From Naegleria gruberi (Eukaryota), in assembly GCA_000004985.1 (NCBI GenBank), contig GG738891.1: a stretch of 64,000 nt of DNA; one strand, 5' to 3'. The position numbers and the translations under genes are program-made. The notes under the pieces were generated by a model that saw only the letters and a list, made by a program, of their open reading frames with translations, was not told where the DNA came from and searched no databases. Position 1 is the first letter of the stretch, and the number at the start of each line of letters is the position of its first letter. Below, in pieces: positions 23,208 to 33,661 of the stretch.

Positions 23208-24097
23208 ATGATTACCAACAATAATGCAGTTTCGGAGGTGACCATTTCATCTTCATCATCACCAGAAGAACATGGTTTTGTTATTAACAAGACTCAAGAA
23301 TTTCTGAAGAGTAAAGGATTTGGGTGGTTGATGGAAGTGGATTCGTCATCAGATAGTAAGGAAAATATTTTGGGAGGAGAATCGGTTGAACAACCATCAA
23401 TTTTAGAAGAATTGGATATTGATGTGGCCGAAATTATATTCAAAGTCAAGAGAGTAATTGTACCTTTTGGAAAATTTAGTAGTGAAGATTTGGAAAAATT
23501 GAGAGAACCAGGTAAGAGGATCAAATCGATCATTCTCACAATAATTTTCTCATCAATTATATTTAAATATAATTAATAATAATTTAATGATTGAAATAAT
23601 ATTTAGATTTTTGGGGACCATTCTTTATAATTTTAGCTTATGCCTTCCTTGTGGAATTAACTTATTTACAACTTAAAGTCATTACTTGGATGTATTTGAT
23701 TTGGTTTATTGGATCTGCATTGCTTTTTGCACTTGGTAGATTATTCACTCCAGCAAATATTGAAGAAGCCAGATCACTTAAAAAGCTCAAGATGAATCAA
23801 GAAGGTTTCCAACCAATTGGAACATCAGATAATGCCCAATTTCCTTCTAGTGACAATGATGCTCCACAAATTTCTGAAGAAGAACAAAAGATTATTGATG
23901 TTCACTATGGACAAGTCATGTCATTTGTTGGATATTCCCTGATACCTCATGTTGCCATTCTCGTAGTTTTACTTCTTTTCAGACTTATTTTCGATCCTAT
24001 ATTATTCTCTTTAGTCTCACTTATTTTGAACTTGTGCTCAATTGCTTGGTCTACAGTGGTAAGTTTAATTTTCAGAATTCATTTAGCCTTATTCTAA
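23208..24097 (+). CDS. Yip1-domain family protein (YIPF-like Golgi membrane protein): join(23208..23511, 23607..24097). A further short intron after 24057 is possible.
   Basis: N-terminal cytosolic region with EQPSILEELDIDVAEIIFKVKRVIVPFGKF (Yip consensus EPPLLEELGI...K...L.P). The D-F/L-W-G-P motif is rebuilt across the splice (G|GTAAGA donor at 23512; tttAG acceptor at 23605-23606). Five hydrophobic helices follow. Confidence 0.75.
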
Positions 24098-24351
24098 TTT
24101 CAATAGTCTTGTGTTTATTTATTCACAGCTGATAATTATTATCTGGAAAAGAAGAAGAAACTCTTGATTGTTCCAATCTTGTTATTATATTTATACTTTT
24201 TCTCCATGCAATCAGGTGTTTAAATCTTTACATTCAATTAAATAATTAAATAATATTTTATTATTTCAAATCACATTGGACATTGGATATCCAAATTGTT
24301 CATTGTAAAATGTTAAAATATCCAATTTTTGATGGAAACACAAATTAAAAA

Positions 24352-25965
24352 ATGGCAAGAAAACGATTGCACACTTCCGAACATGATGACGAGGAAGAGA
24401 ATCAACTTGTTGATCAAGAAATAATTGATGAAGAACAAGAAGAGGAAACAAAACATGATGATAAAGATATTATGGAAGATGATGAAGCACAAGATGAAAA
24501 TGATGGAGAACTTGATTTTGTCTACTCTGCTTCCGATGTTTTCACCAAACCAAAAAAGAAAAAGAAACACTCACATAGTGATGGATGCTGTGTTGTTAGG
24601 GATATTGTCAATGTTGATATTTCAAAGGCTGGTTCTTTTGGTAGAATTTCAGAGTTGGCCTTCTCCTATATTTTGTTATATACGCACACAAAAGATACAA
24701 CCAATTTGGCCTCTGTTTGTAAATGGACTTATTCAGTATTCTTATCTCTTAGATCATACAGTTTGAATAACATTCGTTTGGAGTATTTGAATGGCAGATG
24801 TCAACAGTACAAGACTTTGAATAGTTTGTTTAAAGTAGATAACATGAATAGAATGACTGGCTTTATGAAATATTTACCAAACTTTGAACCTGTTGATATT
24901 ATGAATGATGACATTACTTTAAAGCTTCCAAACAAGTTTACCAAGAGAAGAAATGTTCTCATTGATCTGTATAATGATTTTACTGCAGAGGAGAAGAGTG
25001 ATGCGAGTCCTGTGAAGAGAGATTTTCATTTTGATAGGATGAATCATTTAAAGTGGGAAACCTCTTTTCCAGAAAACATTGAAGAATTCCAATCTGTAGT
25101 GTCAGAAAATGCTGAACTTGGAAAGCACTTGTTGGACTGTTTGTGGGAAAATAACAAGGAGAATAGGGAGAAATTCATTATCGCTGGTGGTTTTGTTCTT
25201 TCATGTTTAACATCTAATACGCATTCATCTGATATTGATGTATTCTGTATTCAAAATGGAGAATCCAAAGAAAATTGCCACATGTCATTGAGAAGGATTT
25301 TATTCAAGTTTGGAGAATTAGCCAAGAAACACAAGTTTAATTATGGTATTGTGAAGAATAATGGTTGTATCAATATTTGCTTTGAGAAGAGATCTAAAAT
25401 GATACAATTTATTCTGAGAAGAGTGGACACCATTGAGGAATTAATGACCTTCTTTGATATTGATTGTTGCAGATTTTGTTTTGACGGTGAAAGAGTCTAC
25501 ACAACAAGAGAGGGTATTGCCAGTCTTAATGTCAAGTACAACTTTGTACCAGCAGAGCACAAGGAGAAGGGAATGTACACCTCCAGAGCATACAAATACG
25601 GAATGAGAAACGTGATGACTCTTTTCACAAAAGATCACTCTCTCGATCATTTTCATTCCAGAAAACTCAAACTCGATAGAATTAATGAAGCCCTGGAACA
25701 GAATGATACCGAAGAATCAGAAGTGCTCTTTGGTGATGGTACTGACAAGAAGGATTTTGAAGGATTATATTCTATTTTCAATGACTTTTCACTTTCGTAT
25801 GATATTATCAAATTGGTAAGAGTTGTGGGAGTGAGAAAATTCTTGTCACACAATTGGGAGAACTATTATGGATCAAATTGGGATGGCATATCATACAATC
25901 CTCAAGATTATGAAAACAATGAAGAAGAAGTCAAGGTTCTTTTGATGAAAAGTTGGAAGCAATGA
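24352..25965 (+). CDS. Hypothetical 537-aa protein: acidic D/E-rich N-terminus, then a region with a possible minimal nucleotidyltransferase-fold signature (IIAGGFVLSCLTSNTHSSDIDVF followed later by FFDIDCCRF)
   Basis: Single ORF with ATG at 24352. The pattern hG[GS]-x13-D-h-D resembles the Pol-beta-type NTase core by eye only. The stop TGA at 25963-25965 overlaps the ATG of the next gene by ATGA. Confidence 0.45.
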   Translation: MARKRLHTSEHDDEEENQLVDQEIIDEEQEEETKHDDKDIMEDDEAQDENDGELDFVYSASDVFTKPKKKKKHSHSDGCCVVRDIVNVDISKAGSFGRISELAFSYILLYTHTKDTTNLASVCKWTYSVFLSLRSYSLNNIRLEYLNGRCQQYKTLNSLFKVDNMNRMTGFMKYLPNFEPVDIMNDDITLKLPNKFTKRRNVLIDLYNDFTAEEKSDASPVKRDFHFDRMNHLKWETSFPENIEEFQSVVSENAELGKHLLDCLWENNKENREKFIIAGGFVLSCLTSNTHSSDIDVFCIQNGESKENCHMSLRRILFKFGELAKKHKFNYGIVKNNGCINICFEKRSKMIQFILRRVDTIEELMTFFDIDCCRFCFDGERVYTTREGIASLNVKYNFVPAEHKEKGMYTSRAYKYGMRNVMTLFTKDHSLDHFHSRKLKLDRINEALEQNDTEESEVLFGDGTDKKDFEGLYSIFNDFSLSYDIIKLVRVVGVRKFLSHNWENYYGSNWDGISYNPQDYENNEEEVKVLLMKSWKQ

Positions 25966-27369
25966 TTAGAAAATTAACATTTGAAGATACTCACTACTTT
26001 TGTCTGAGTGCTAGAGAATTATTCTTGAGAGATGCCACTATTTATTACTCTGATTACTATTTTGATTCACATCTTAGAGGAAAGTACAACTTTTGGAAGT
26101 GCTATTGTTGTGGATTCTACAGACATTCGAGAAAACTGAGTTATACCAATGATGGACACGATATGTGCGATACTTGCTCTCTATTTAATAGTAGAATGAG
26201 ATCTTTGAAGAGAGATTTGGTTGGAAAGGTTGCTATTGTGACTGGTGCAAGAATCAAGATTGGTTTTGAGACTGCTCGTGCTCTTTTGAAAAATGGAGCT
26301 ACTGTTATTGGTATGTATCAACATTTCATTTGGTATTTTAACATTTTTATTCATAGCTACTTCCAGGTTTACTCATGATGCCTATGAAAAGTATGCAGAA
26401 TGTGATGACTTTGAGGATTGGCAATCTCGCCTCTTTATTTATCCATTGAACTTGAAAGATGGTGATTCAATTCTTTCATTCTGTGCCTATGTAAAGAATA
26501 ATTTTTCTAAAATTGACATTCTCATTAACAAGTAAGTATTATTCACCTTGACTGAGTTTTGTAAACTAATTATTGATCTATACAGTGCTGCTCAAACTGT
26601 GAGAAGACCACTCAAGTATTATGAAAAATTATTGGAGAAAGAAAAGAGTAACTTATCAGAAACTCATCTTGGAGAAATCAAAACCAATGACTCTACCGAG
26701 TTGGTTCTCAAGAATGAAAATAAGAAAATTGTAATTTACAGTGACGAATTATCAATCAAGAACCACTGTCTCAATATTACAGAACATTACAGTTTAACTA
26801 AGGAAGATTTTGATTCCAACCTCCATAGCATGTTTCCTGAGGGAGAAACTGATCAATTTGGTGAACAAAAAGATAATAGAACCCACCACTCTTGGACATA
26901 CTTACTTCCAGAAATTGATGCTATTGAACTATTGGAAACTACAATGATTAACAATATTGCACCAACAATTATTGTCTCTCAACTAATGGACATTATGAAA
27001 CCTAAAGTGGAAGATCTAGAAAATGTAACTGCTGAAGACATTTTGACTGGCAAAAACTCATCCTACATTATCAATGTTGTTTCACATGAAGGTATTTTCA
27101 ATATTGATGGTAAAACAGATGGTCACGTCCACACCAACATGTCCAAAGCTGCTCTCAACATGCTCACCAGAAGTGCCTCAAACTACTATGCCAAGAATGG
27201 AATCTTGATGAATTCATGTGATACTGGTTGGATTTCATCTGCAATCAAAACCTTTATGAAACCACCTCTCACTGTAAAGGATGGTGCCTATAGAATTTTA
27301 TATCCTATTCTCACTTGTTCATTAGATTATGGCAAGTTGTATAAGAATTATCATGAATCCAAGTGGTAG
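25962..27369 (+). CDS. Short-chain dehydrogenase/reductase (SDR) family protein with a Cys-rich N-terminal extension: join(25962..26310, 26357..26531, 26586..27369), 435 aa
   Basis: Rossmann motif KVAIVTGARIKIGFETARALLKNGATVIG. The conserved SDR motif IDILINNAAQT is rebuilt exactly across the second splice (AA|GTAAGT ... tacAG|T). Both introns are canonical (G|GTATGT...catAG, 46 nt; 54 nt). An atypical active-site region HTNMSKAALNML stands in place of YxxxK. Confidence 0.7.
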
Positions 27370-28116
27370 TAAAAATTGAAAAAAGGATTAAAAATGTTAT
27401 TAATAATGATGACAAGTTTTGAACAGGTTAAGCCTGTTTACAGCAATCCTAAACTTGATATGAATAAATTCATAAAGTATTCAATGCACTTTGAGCTATT
27501 CTGAAATCCGAACAAGAATTGTGGTGAAGTGAAGCTAAGAGAATTCAAATGGATGTTCCAGTAGAAGGTCTCAGTTCACTCAACCCAATTGTCATTGATG
27601 ACGAAGATGATGAAGTAATCAAGCTTTGTTTTTTGAGTATGTGTTTGAAGAGGATCCACTAAAGAAAGGTTCCAGTAAAATTAATATCAAAAGAAAAAAT
27701 CAGATGATTTTCAAGTTCTCATCGGATTGTTGGATTTCATTTTTAGTGGATTCTTCCAAAATCCGTGCTTTCAGTGTGTCTGTTGTATAATTTTTTGCCT
27801 TATTCTTTTTTAAAGTTACTCTTTATTTCTAAAAAAGTTGCACTAGTGCAATTTTTTATAGAGATTCTACCTCAATGTTCTTTTCATCTTGATTGTCTCA
27901 TCCTTCTGGCCATTCCTCGTCCTACTGATCAACCTTAATAATTAGGTAAGTAATGAAATATACTCTTAAGAAAAAGTACTGAAAGAGAGTGGATTCGGAT
28001 CAATTTATATCAACAAGAAGACAGCCAATGAAGGAGCCAAGTCAAAGATGATGTTGTGTAACGACAACATGTTTGTTCCTAACACAGAAGTTAAAAACAA
28101 CTCTCTAGATGTATAC

Positions 28117-28595
28117 AAATGCAGTAGCAAGGAGTATCAGGAGTTGTCTTAAAGTCAGCTGTCATTGTAGGGTTATTCGGAGAACCACACAAGAATCCAA
28201 ATGCTTACTCATTCTTGAAGGGTGTTGCTGATTCATTGGTTAATGCTGGTACTTTGCAATAAATAAAATTTTTTGCAAATTTGCAACCCAATTTTTTTTA
28301 ATCATCACACTATTGGTATAAAATGTTTTTTATCGAATCATATATTTCTATTTTATTAAATTGAATCGATATGATGTAGTGTGTATTTTGTCATGAGGTT
28401 GGATGGATTTTAAGATGGTTGAGAATTCGAGAGCGATTATTTTGATGAAAATTAATTTTAATATTTTGATCAATGAAAAAGATGATCCGAGAAGAGATTT
28501 AAAAAATATGGCGCCAAAAATTCTACAAAAATTATATAATTAAAAAAAATAAGAAAACATATAGGAGGAGGTTTTAATTCTGTCATGATTAAGAG
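28117..28595. repeat. Inverted-repeat arm B (derived copy), 7.25 kb downstream of arm A
   Basis: Reverse complement of 20385..20862 at about 90% identity. Similarity decays beyond roughly 28640 and 20345. Confidence 0.8.
28118..28262 (+). pseudogene. Profilin 3' fragment (last 47 codons, QGVSGVVLKSAVIVGLFGEPHKNPNAYSFLKGVADSLVNAGTLQ*) inside inverted-repeat arm B. It has no start or 5' half and is preceded by an in-frame TAG.
   Basis: The hand translation is identical to the C-terminus of the 20727..21125 gene, in opposite orientation. Confidence 0.75.
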
Positions 28596-28873
28596 AACCT
28601 TCAAGAACAAGAGGAAGAAGTAAGATATTTGACACAACAATGAAAAACCCAACACTATCGAACTAGTTCACTACCATATCAAACTAAATTTTCATTCCTC
28701 TGGTTACAGAGCTTACTATTTTATACTGCTCACTCAATTTAAGAAACTCTCCGTAACACAAGAAACTATTTGCATGTAACACTACAATTTCTTCACTTCC
28801 TGCTCGTGTGGCAGATTTTATCATCTCTATAATCGTGCGCTGGCTGATTTATTTTCTCTCCACCTTAAAAAAA

Positions 28874-29506
28874 ATGGCAAAATTACTCCTCGCTCTACTA
28901 ATCATTGTAATCTCCCTAGTAGCTTTATTAAGCGTGGATAATGTTGTGGAGGCAATTGTTTGCCAACAAAATTTTGAATATCCATTGTATAAACAATGCG
29001 GCCAGCCATGGTCTAATGACTTGTTTGGTCGTAGCTCTATTTGTTATACTGGATCTTTGATTACATCAATGAGCATGGCTTTGAACGGTCGGAAGATATC
29101 TTCCATGAATCCTGGTCAATTAAATTCTTGGGCACATACAGCTCTTAAAGAATGGTTTGATAAGTGGAATGATGATGATAGAGCATTGGAAAATGCCTTA
29201 GTACATGGCTTGGAAAAGCTTGGCATGAAAAACACTAATTACTATCCGAATAATAATTGGATTGGAGAGATGGTTACTGATCTTTGCAAGGGAAAGGTTG
29301 TTCTTTTACAGGTTGCCAAAGATGACTATAACAAATACTGGACTCTGGCCACTGGTTTTGATGAGACAACATTCACTGTTAATAATCCAGCCTATTCCAA
29401 GACAGTTTTTAATGCAATGGAAGTTAAGAGTGCTGTTGTTTTCGAACAAATCAATCAAGAATTCATGAAATATTTTGATTGTCATGTTGAAATAGTTAAA
29501 TTGTAA
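28874..29506 (+). CDS. Secreted hypothetical protein of 210 aa with a signal peptide (MAKLLLALLIIVISLVALLS). It has a possible papain-like/C39-like fold (Q-CG...C-x-GSLITSMSMAL), weak.
   Basis: The ATG at 28874 is in frame with the longer track ORF. The peptidase suggestion is by motif only. Confidence 0.45.
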   Translation: MAKLLLALLIIVISLVALLSVDNVVEAIVCQQNFEYPLYKQCGQPWSNDLFGRSSICYTGSLITSMSMALNGRKISSMNPGQLNSWAHTALKEWFDKWNDDDRALENALVHGLEKLGMKNTNYYPNNNWIGEMVTDLCKGKVVLLQVAKDDYNKYWTLATGFDETTFTVNNPAYSKTVFNAMEVKSAVVFEQINQEFMKYFDCHVEIVKL

Positions 29507-29524
29507 TGAATCAATTAATAAAAA

Positions 29525-31675
29525 ATGTATCAACATGTAAATGTTGTCACTATACCATCAAGAGAACCTAAACTCAATATGAGAGAATTATTGGAAAGGC
29601 TGAATAAATCGGAAGAATATTTACTAACCAATCAAATTGATCAATATGTGAATATCAGATACAATAATTGTGATCCTATCATTCAGGATTTAATTATTAA
29701 TGATTTGAAAACAAACAATAGCACCTACCAGCAGCAGCAACAGAATATTAAATTAAATATTAAATTATTAACAAATTGTTTGGATGAGAATATAATTTAT
29801 GAAATTATTCAATTCATTCCGACTTATTCTAGGATTCATGATCAATTGAATAATGATGACAATGATGATGATGGATCGGAATTTAATTTTGCAGACTATG
29901 TGATGGATGATACGTTAGTAACACTTCACAAGATGAGATTGATTAACAAGACTTTTAATTCAATCATGATGAAGAGAATTCTAACACTTTCAAAGATTAG
30001 AATTGATTTGACCGTAAATTATAGGAATTCAAGAGATTCCTTTATCAAATTACTTGATTCTCAGGAATTGTACAAGGAAAACATGATGTCAGATAAGAAT
30101 TTCACTTTAGGATACTCATTCGATAGCTTAGTGGATGGAGGGTGGGAAAATAAAAAGCCCCTTACTCTAGTTTCTTCCAATATGGAATACAAGGAAGCTG
30201 TGTATTCAATATACCATTCAGAGAAAATACGTACGCTTGAAGCATTGAGAAAACATACTTATCGATCAACAACTTGGAATACCACAGTTGAAGAATTGAC
30301 AATTTGCACTGAGGATTCAGATATGGAATTTATGTTGTCATGTAAAAAATTGAGAAAGTTGAACATTTTGACAACTGTAATGCCAAAGTTGACTACCCAT
30401 CAATTCGATGTATTGGAAGAGGTGGAAATTATTGAACCTTCCCATGATTCAGTAGTTAATAATGGCAGAACATTTAGAATGTTAATCAATTTACCGAATA
30501 TCAAATCATTGACGCTTTTCTTGGTTGAATCAGATGAAGATGCCTATTACAAGCTAATGGTTTTCTTTCTTTCTCTGAACTTTGGAATTAATTTCAAATT
30601 TTATGAAATTGTGGAGAATGGAGAAAAAAGAGAACTAGATGTGAAGGAGTTATCAACTCGTGAGGAAACAGGACGAGTAGTCGTGATCAATTTCAATTCT
30701 GTAATATCAAACCCCAGCAGAAAAGTATTGAAAGAGCTTATTGAGCGATATGGTTCCAAATTCGAAACCTACCTACCAAGAATTATCTTCACTTCAGAAA
30801 CTGACAAGACATCTACCATAGAGAAATTCAGAGAAATAGCAGGTGATTTTCTAAAAGAGGGAATATTTCACATCTGTCACACGAATTCTCTGAAAATGTT
30901 TAAATCTTGCAATGTGGATCCAAAGACTGCTTTGATGTTGCAACATGTAGTTTATTCTTGCAATGAGTATCAAGAATCGAAACTTATTTCCTATCGTCCT
31001 TTTAACAAGGAAGACTTTCCAATATTTTTAGAGGCAATTCATTACGGATTGGATTTTAGAAAACAAATCAAGGAAATTATGAATATTTATTGTTCTATGG
31101 ATGATGTTTCTGGAATAGGCTCAACCCTACATTATTTGAATGTGGATTACAAAGTTATTTATTCCATGCTTCACAATATTACTAAAGTTATTATGAAACT
31201 CAATCAGTTTTCCAAAGGAATTGAGATATTGATTAGCTACATGCTCAAGAATAATCCAAAACTACTATTCGAATGGTTAAAAGAAAAGAAGGCGATTTCA
31301 AAGTCTGAAATATGGCACATTCCTTTTCTTGCAAGCTTATTTTCCACAAATATTAATCCATATTTCGTAAGACTATTAATTGATGAAATGGATAAGGAAA
31401 TATTTGAATGGGTAAATGAGAGAGGAGATTCAATTCTTCATTTATTCATCTTTTTAACAAAATCATTCAATTATGAGATATTCCTTGCAATTATCAAGAA
31501 GAATCCCAATTTATTGAACCTGTCCAATCACAAAAACGAAACTCCTCTCCAACTTTTACTGCTTCGACAAAAAGATAACGCCTACTCACTTCTTTTTGAA
31601 ACAGCAAGATTAACAGGACTTGAGATTAAAAACTTGGGAGGTAATACTTTTGATATGGACTTTACGTTCAAATAA
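29525..31675 (+). CDS. Hypothetical 716-aa protein with ankyrin-like repeats at the C-terminus (GDSILHLFI...NLSNHKNETPLQLLL)
   Basis: Long ATG-initiated ORF. No other domain recognised. Confidence 0.5.
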   Translation: MYQHVNVVTIPSREPKLNMRELLERLNKSEEYLLTNQIDQYVNIRYNNCDPIIQDLIINDLKTNNSTYQQQQQNIKLNIKLLTNCLDENIIYEIIQFIPTYSRIHDQLNNDDNDDDGSEFNFADYVMDDTLVTLHKMRLINKTFNSIMMKRILTLSKIRIDLTVNYRNSRDSFIKLLDSQELYKENMMSDKNFTLGYSFDSLVDGGWENKKPLTLVSSNMEYKEAVYSIYHSEKIRTLEALRKHTYRSTTWNTTVEELTICTEDSDMEFMLSCKKLRKLNILTTVMPKLTTHQFDVLEEVEIIEPSHDSVVNNGRTFRMLINLPNIKSLTLFLVESDEDAYYKLMVFFLSLNFGINFKFYEIVENGEKRELDVKELSTREETGRVVVINFNSVISNPSRKVLKELIERYGSKFETYLPRIIFTSETDKTSTIEKFREIAGDFLKEGIFHICHTNSLKMFKSCNVDPKTALMLQHVVYSCNEYQESKLISYRPFNKEDFPIFLEAIHYGLDFRKQIKEIMNIYCSMDDVSGIGSTLHYLNVDYKVIYSMLHNITKVIMKLNQFSKGIEILISYMLKNNPKLLFEWLKEKKAISKSEIWHIPFLASLFSTNINPYFVRLLIDEMDKEIFEWVNERGDSILHLFIFLTKSFNYEIFLAIIKKNPNLLNLSNHKNETPLQLLLLRQKDNAYSLLFETARLTGLEIKNLGGNTFDMDFTFK

Positions 31676-31690
31676 AGTTGTTTATTCAAG

Positions 31691-33250
31691 TTAAAAGAGA
31701 ATGAGTGGAGCAATTGCAAACCAATTACCAACAACTGTAAATGCAACAGCCCATAAAATTCCATTCAATAAAACAGTATTATATTCTGATTGATTCCACA
31801 AACTATTGTACAATTGGAGTGGTTGGTCGTGATTCTTTTTGTGAGTTCTGTCAGATAAAAAGTTGCAAAGGTTTTTCTGATATGTGGAATAGTAGATTGA
31901 ATAGGCAAAAAGGGTAGCTCCTCTGAAAACTGCTTTTGGTATTGTGATACCTCTTTGATGTTTCAAATGGAGATAGCAAACAAAACTGACGAGTGCTGAT
32001 CCTACTAAATTGGTAGAGTTTGGAGCCCGCAATTGAACAACCAGACTATTTTCATTCATTCCATCAATATATTTTCCAATCACAGCAACATGATGTTTAA
32101 AGTATTGATCTCCAACACGAGAGGATGCTAGATTCATGGCATCTACAAGTTTTGGATTGGATTCAGAGAGTGGCTTCATTCTACTCTTTGTTAAACTTGA
32201 CAATACAATTCCATTAACACAAATCAATGCCACAAATTTTTCCAAATCATTTCCCTTTGTGAACATGTTGGTAATGTCGTTCTTGTATGTTTCATCCTCG
32301 AGAAAATGTTGAAGTAAATGTTTGTTTGCAAAAAAGTGAGAAAGTAATGAGAGTGATCTCTTTTCTCTCAAAACAATAGCTCTAGTTTGATTCATGTCAG
32401 GAGATTTTTGGAATCTGTCAGCAGTACTGACCTCTCTTGAAGATTTACTAGCAAGAGCGGCCAATTCCTCAAAAGAAATGTGAGCTGATGTACTTTGGAA
32501 TGCCTTAATATTATCAATCACAATTCTAATAATATTAAACTCCTTGGTTTGAGTTGAAGCCTTGTAGAAAGTCTCTGCCAAACGGGGAGGAGAGCCAGCC
32601 TTGAAAATTAATGACATGAGCTCTAAAGCAGGTTCACTAAGATTATTATTCTTTGAGAGGGATAGCTTGAAAATATTCTTGACAAAGTTCTATATTATTA
32701 TTAATTTCACGAAATTTCTCACATTTCAACATACCTGATTGTAAAATTCCTCCATAGCAATTCTTTCCTTCAATAAAGTTTTGATATCAGTGAGGAGAGA
32801 AACAATTCTAGCCTCATCTGTTGCAGACAAGTCGTCCTCATTGAAATTTCCTTTCGACATCCATTCAAAGTACTCATTCTCTCTAATTGTTACTTGAGCC
32901 TTTTCCAATAGATATTTAATACCATACCAAATACAAGTAAAGACAACACCAGTTACGATAGTGCTTGGTCCTGATGATTCTTGTTGATTTGATTGAGTAT
33001 TATATTCGGAATATTCTTCTTGTTTTTGTTCTTGTTGTTGTTGTTGCTGTTGTCTAAAAAGCCTTTCCTTTTCCCTTTCGTAGGCTTGTTGTTCTTGATC
33101 ATTTTCAAACATTCTAGAAAGTAATTTTGCATTACTAGTTCCCAACATTCTAAAATGTTCCTTTCCGATATTAATCATTGTTTTCCTATTATTCACATTT
33201 CTATTTACAAAATTAACAAGTGAACGACTCGATAAAACACTTCTTTTCAT
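31691..33250 (-). CDS. Hypothetical 504-aa protein, two exons: join(complement(32735..33250), complement(31691..32689)). The N-terminus looks like a mitochondrial targeting sequence (MKRSVLSSRSLVNFVNRNV), with a poly-Q/E coiled region and a C-terminal TM helix.
   Basis: Donor CAG|GTATGT (GT at 32734-32733) and a 45-nt intron with acceptor tatAG at 32691-32690. Both exons are phase 0 (516 and 999 nt). The track splits it into two ORFs. Confidence 0.5.
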
Positions 33251-33661
33251 TTTTTATAATAATTATTATTTTTAAAAATAGTTTCATTCCTATCTTGATT
33301 TGCTAATGGAATTTTGATAGGTTTTCATTGTAACACTAAGGAGATATTGAAGTCTTAATCTTCCAGGAGCCCCTGAATTCATATAATGAATCCTCGTAGC
33401 TGATCAAAAACATGTTCTGCTATTTTTTTAAGATAATTTAAAAACCTTTTCCCGCCAACAACTACACAAACTTTAAATTTTAAAAAATTAAAAAATATTC
33501 ACAACATCGATCAAGATGTTGTCAAAAGTAAAAGTATCCAATGATTTTAATATTATTTGTAAAGCAAGTAAAGCTATTTAAAGCGAAAATCGAATCCTAA
33601 CTCCACAAAAACTCCAAACAAACCCTTTCGCCCTTTTCTTCTTAAAATATATGGAAAAAAA

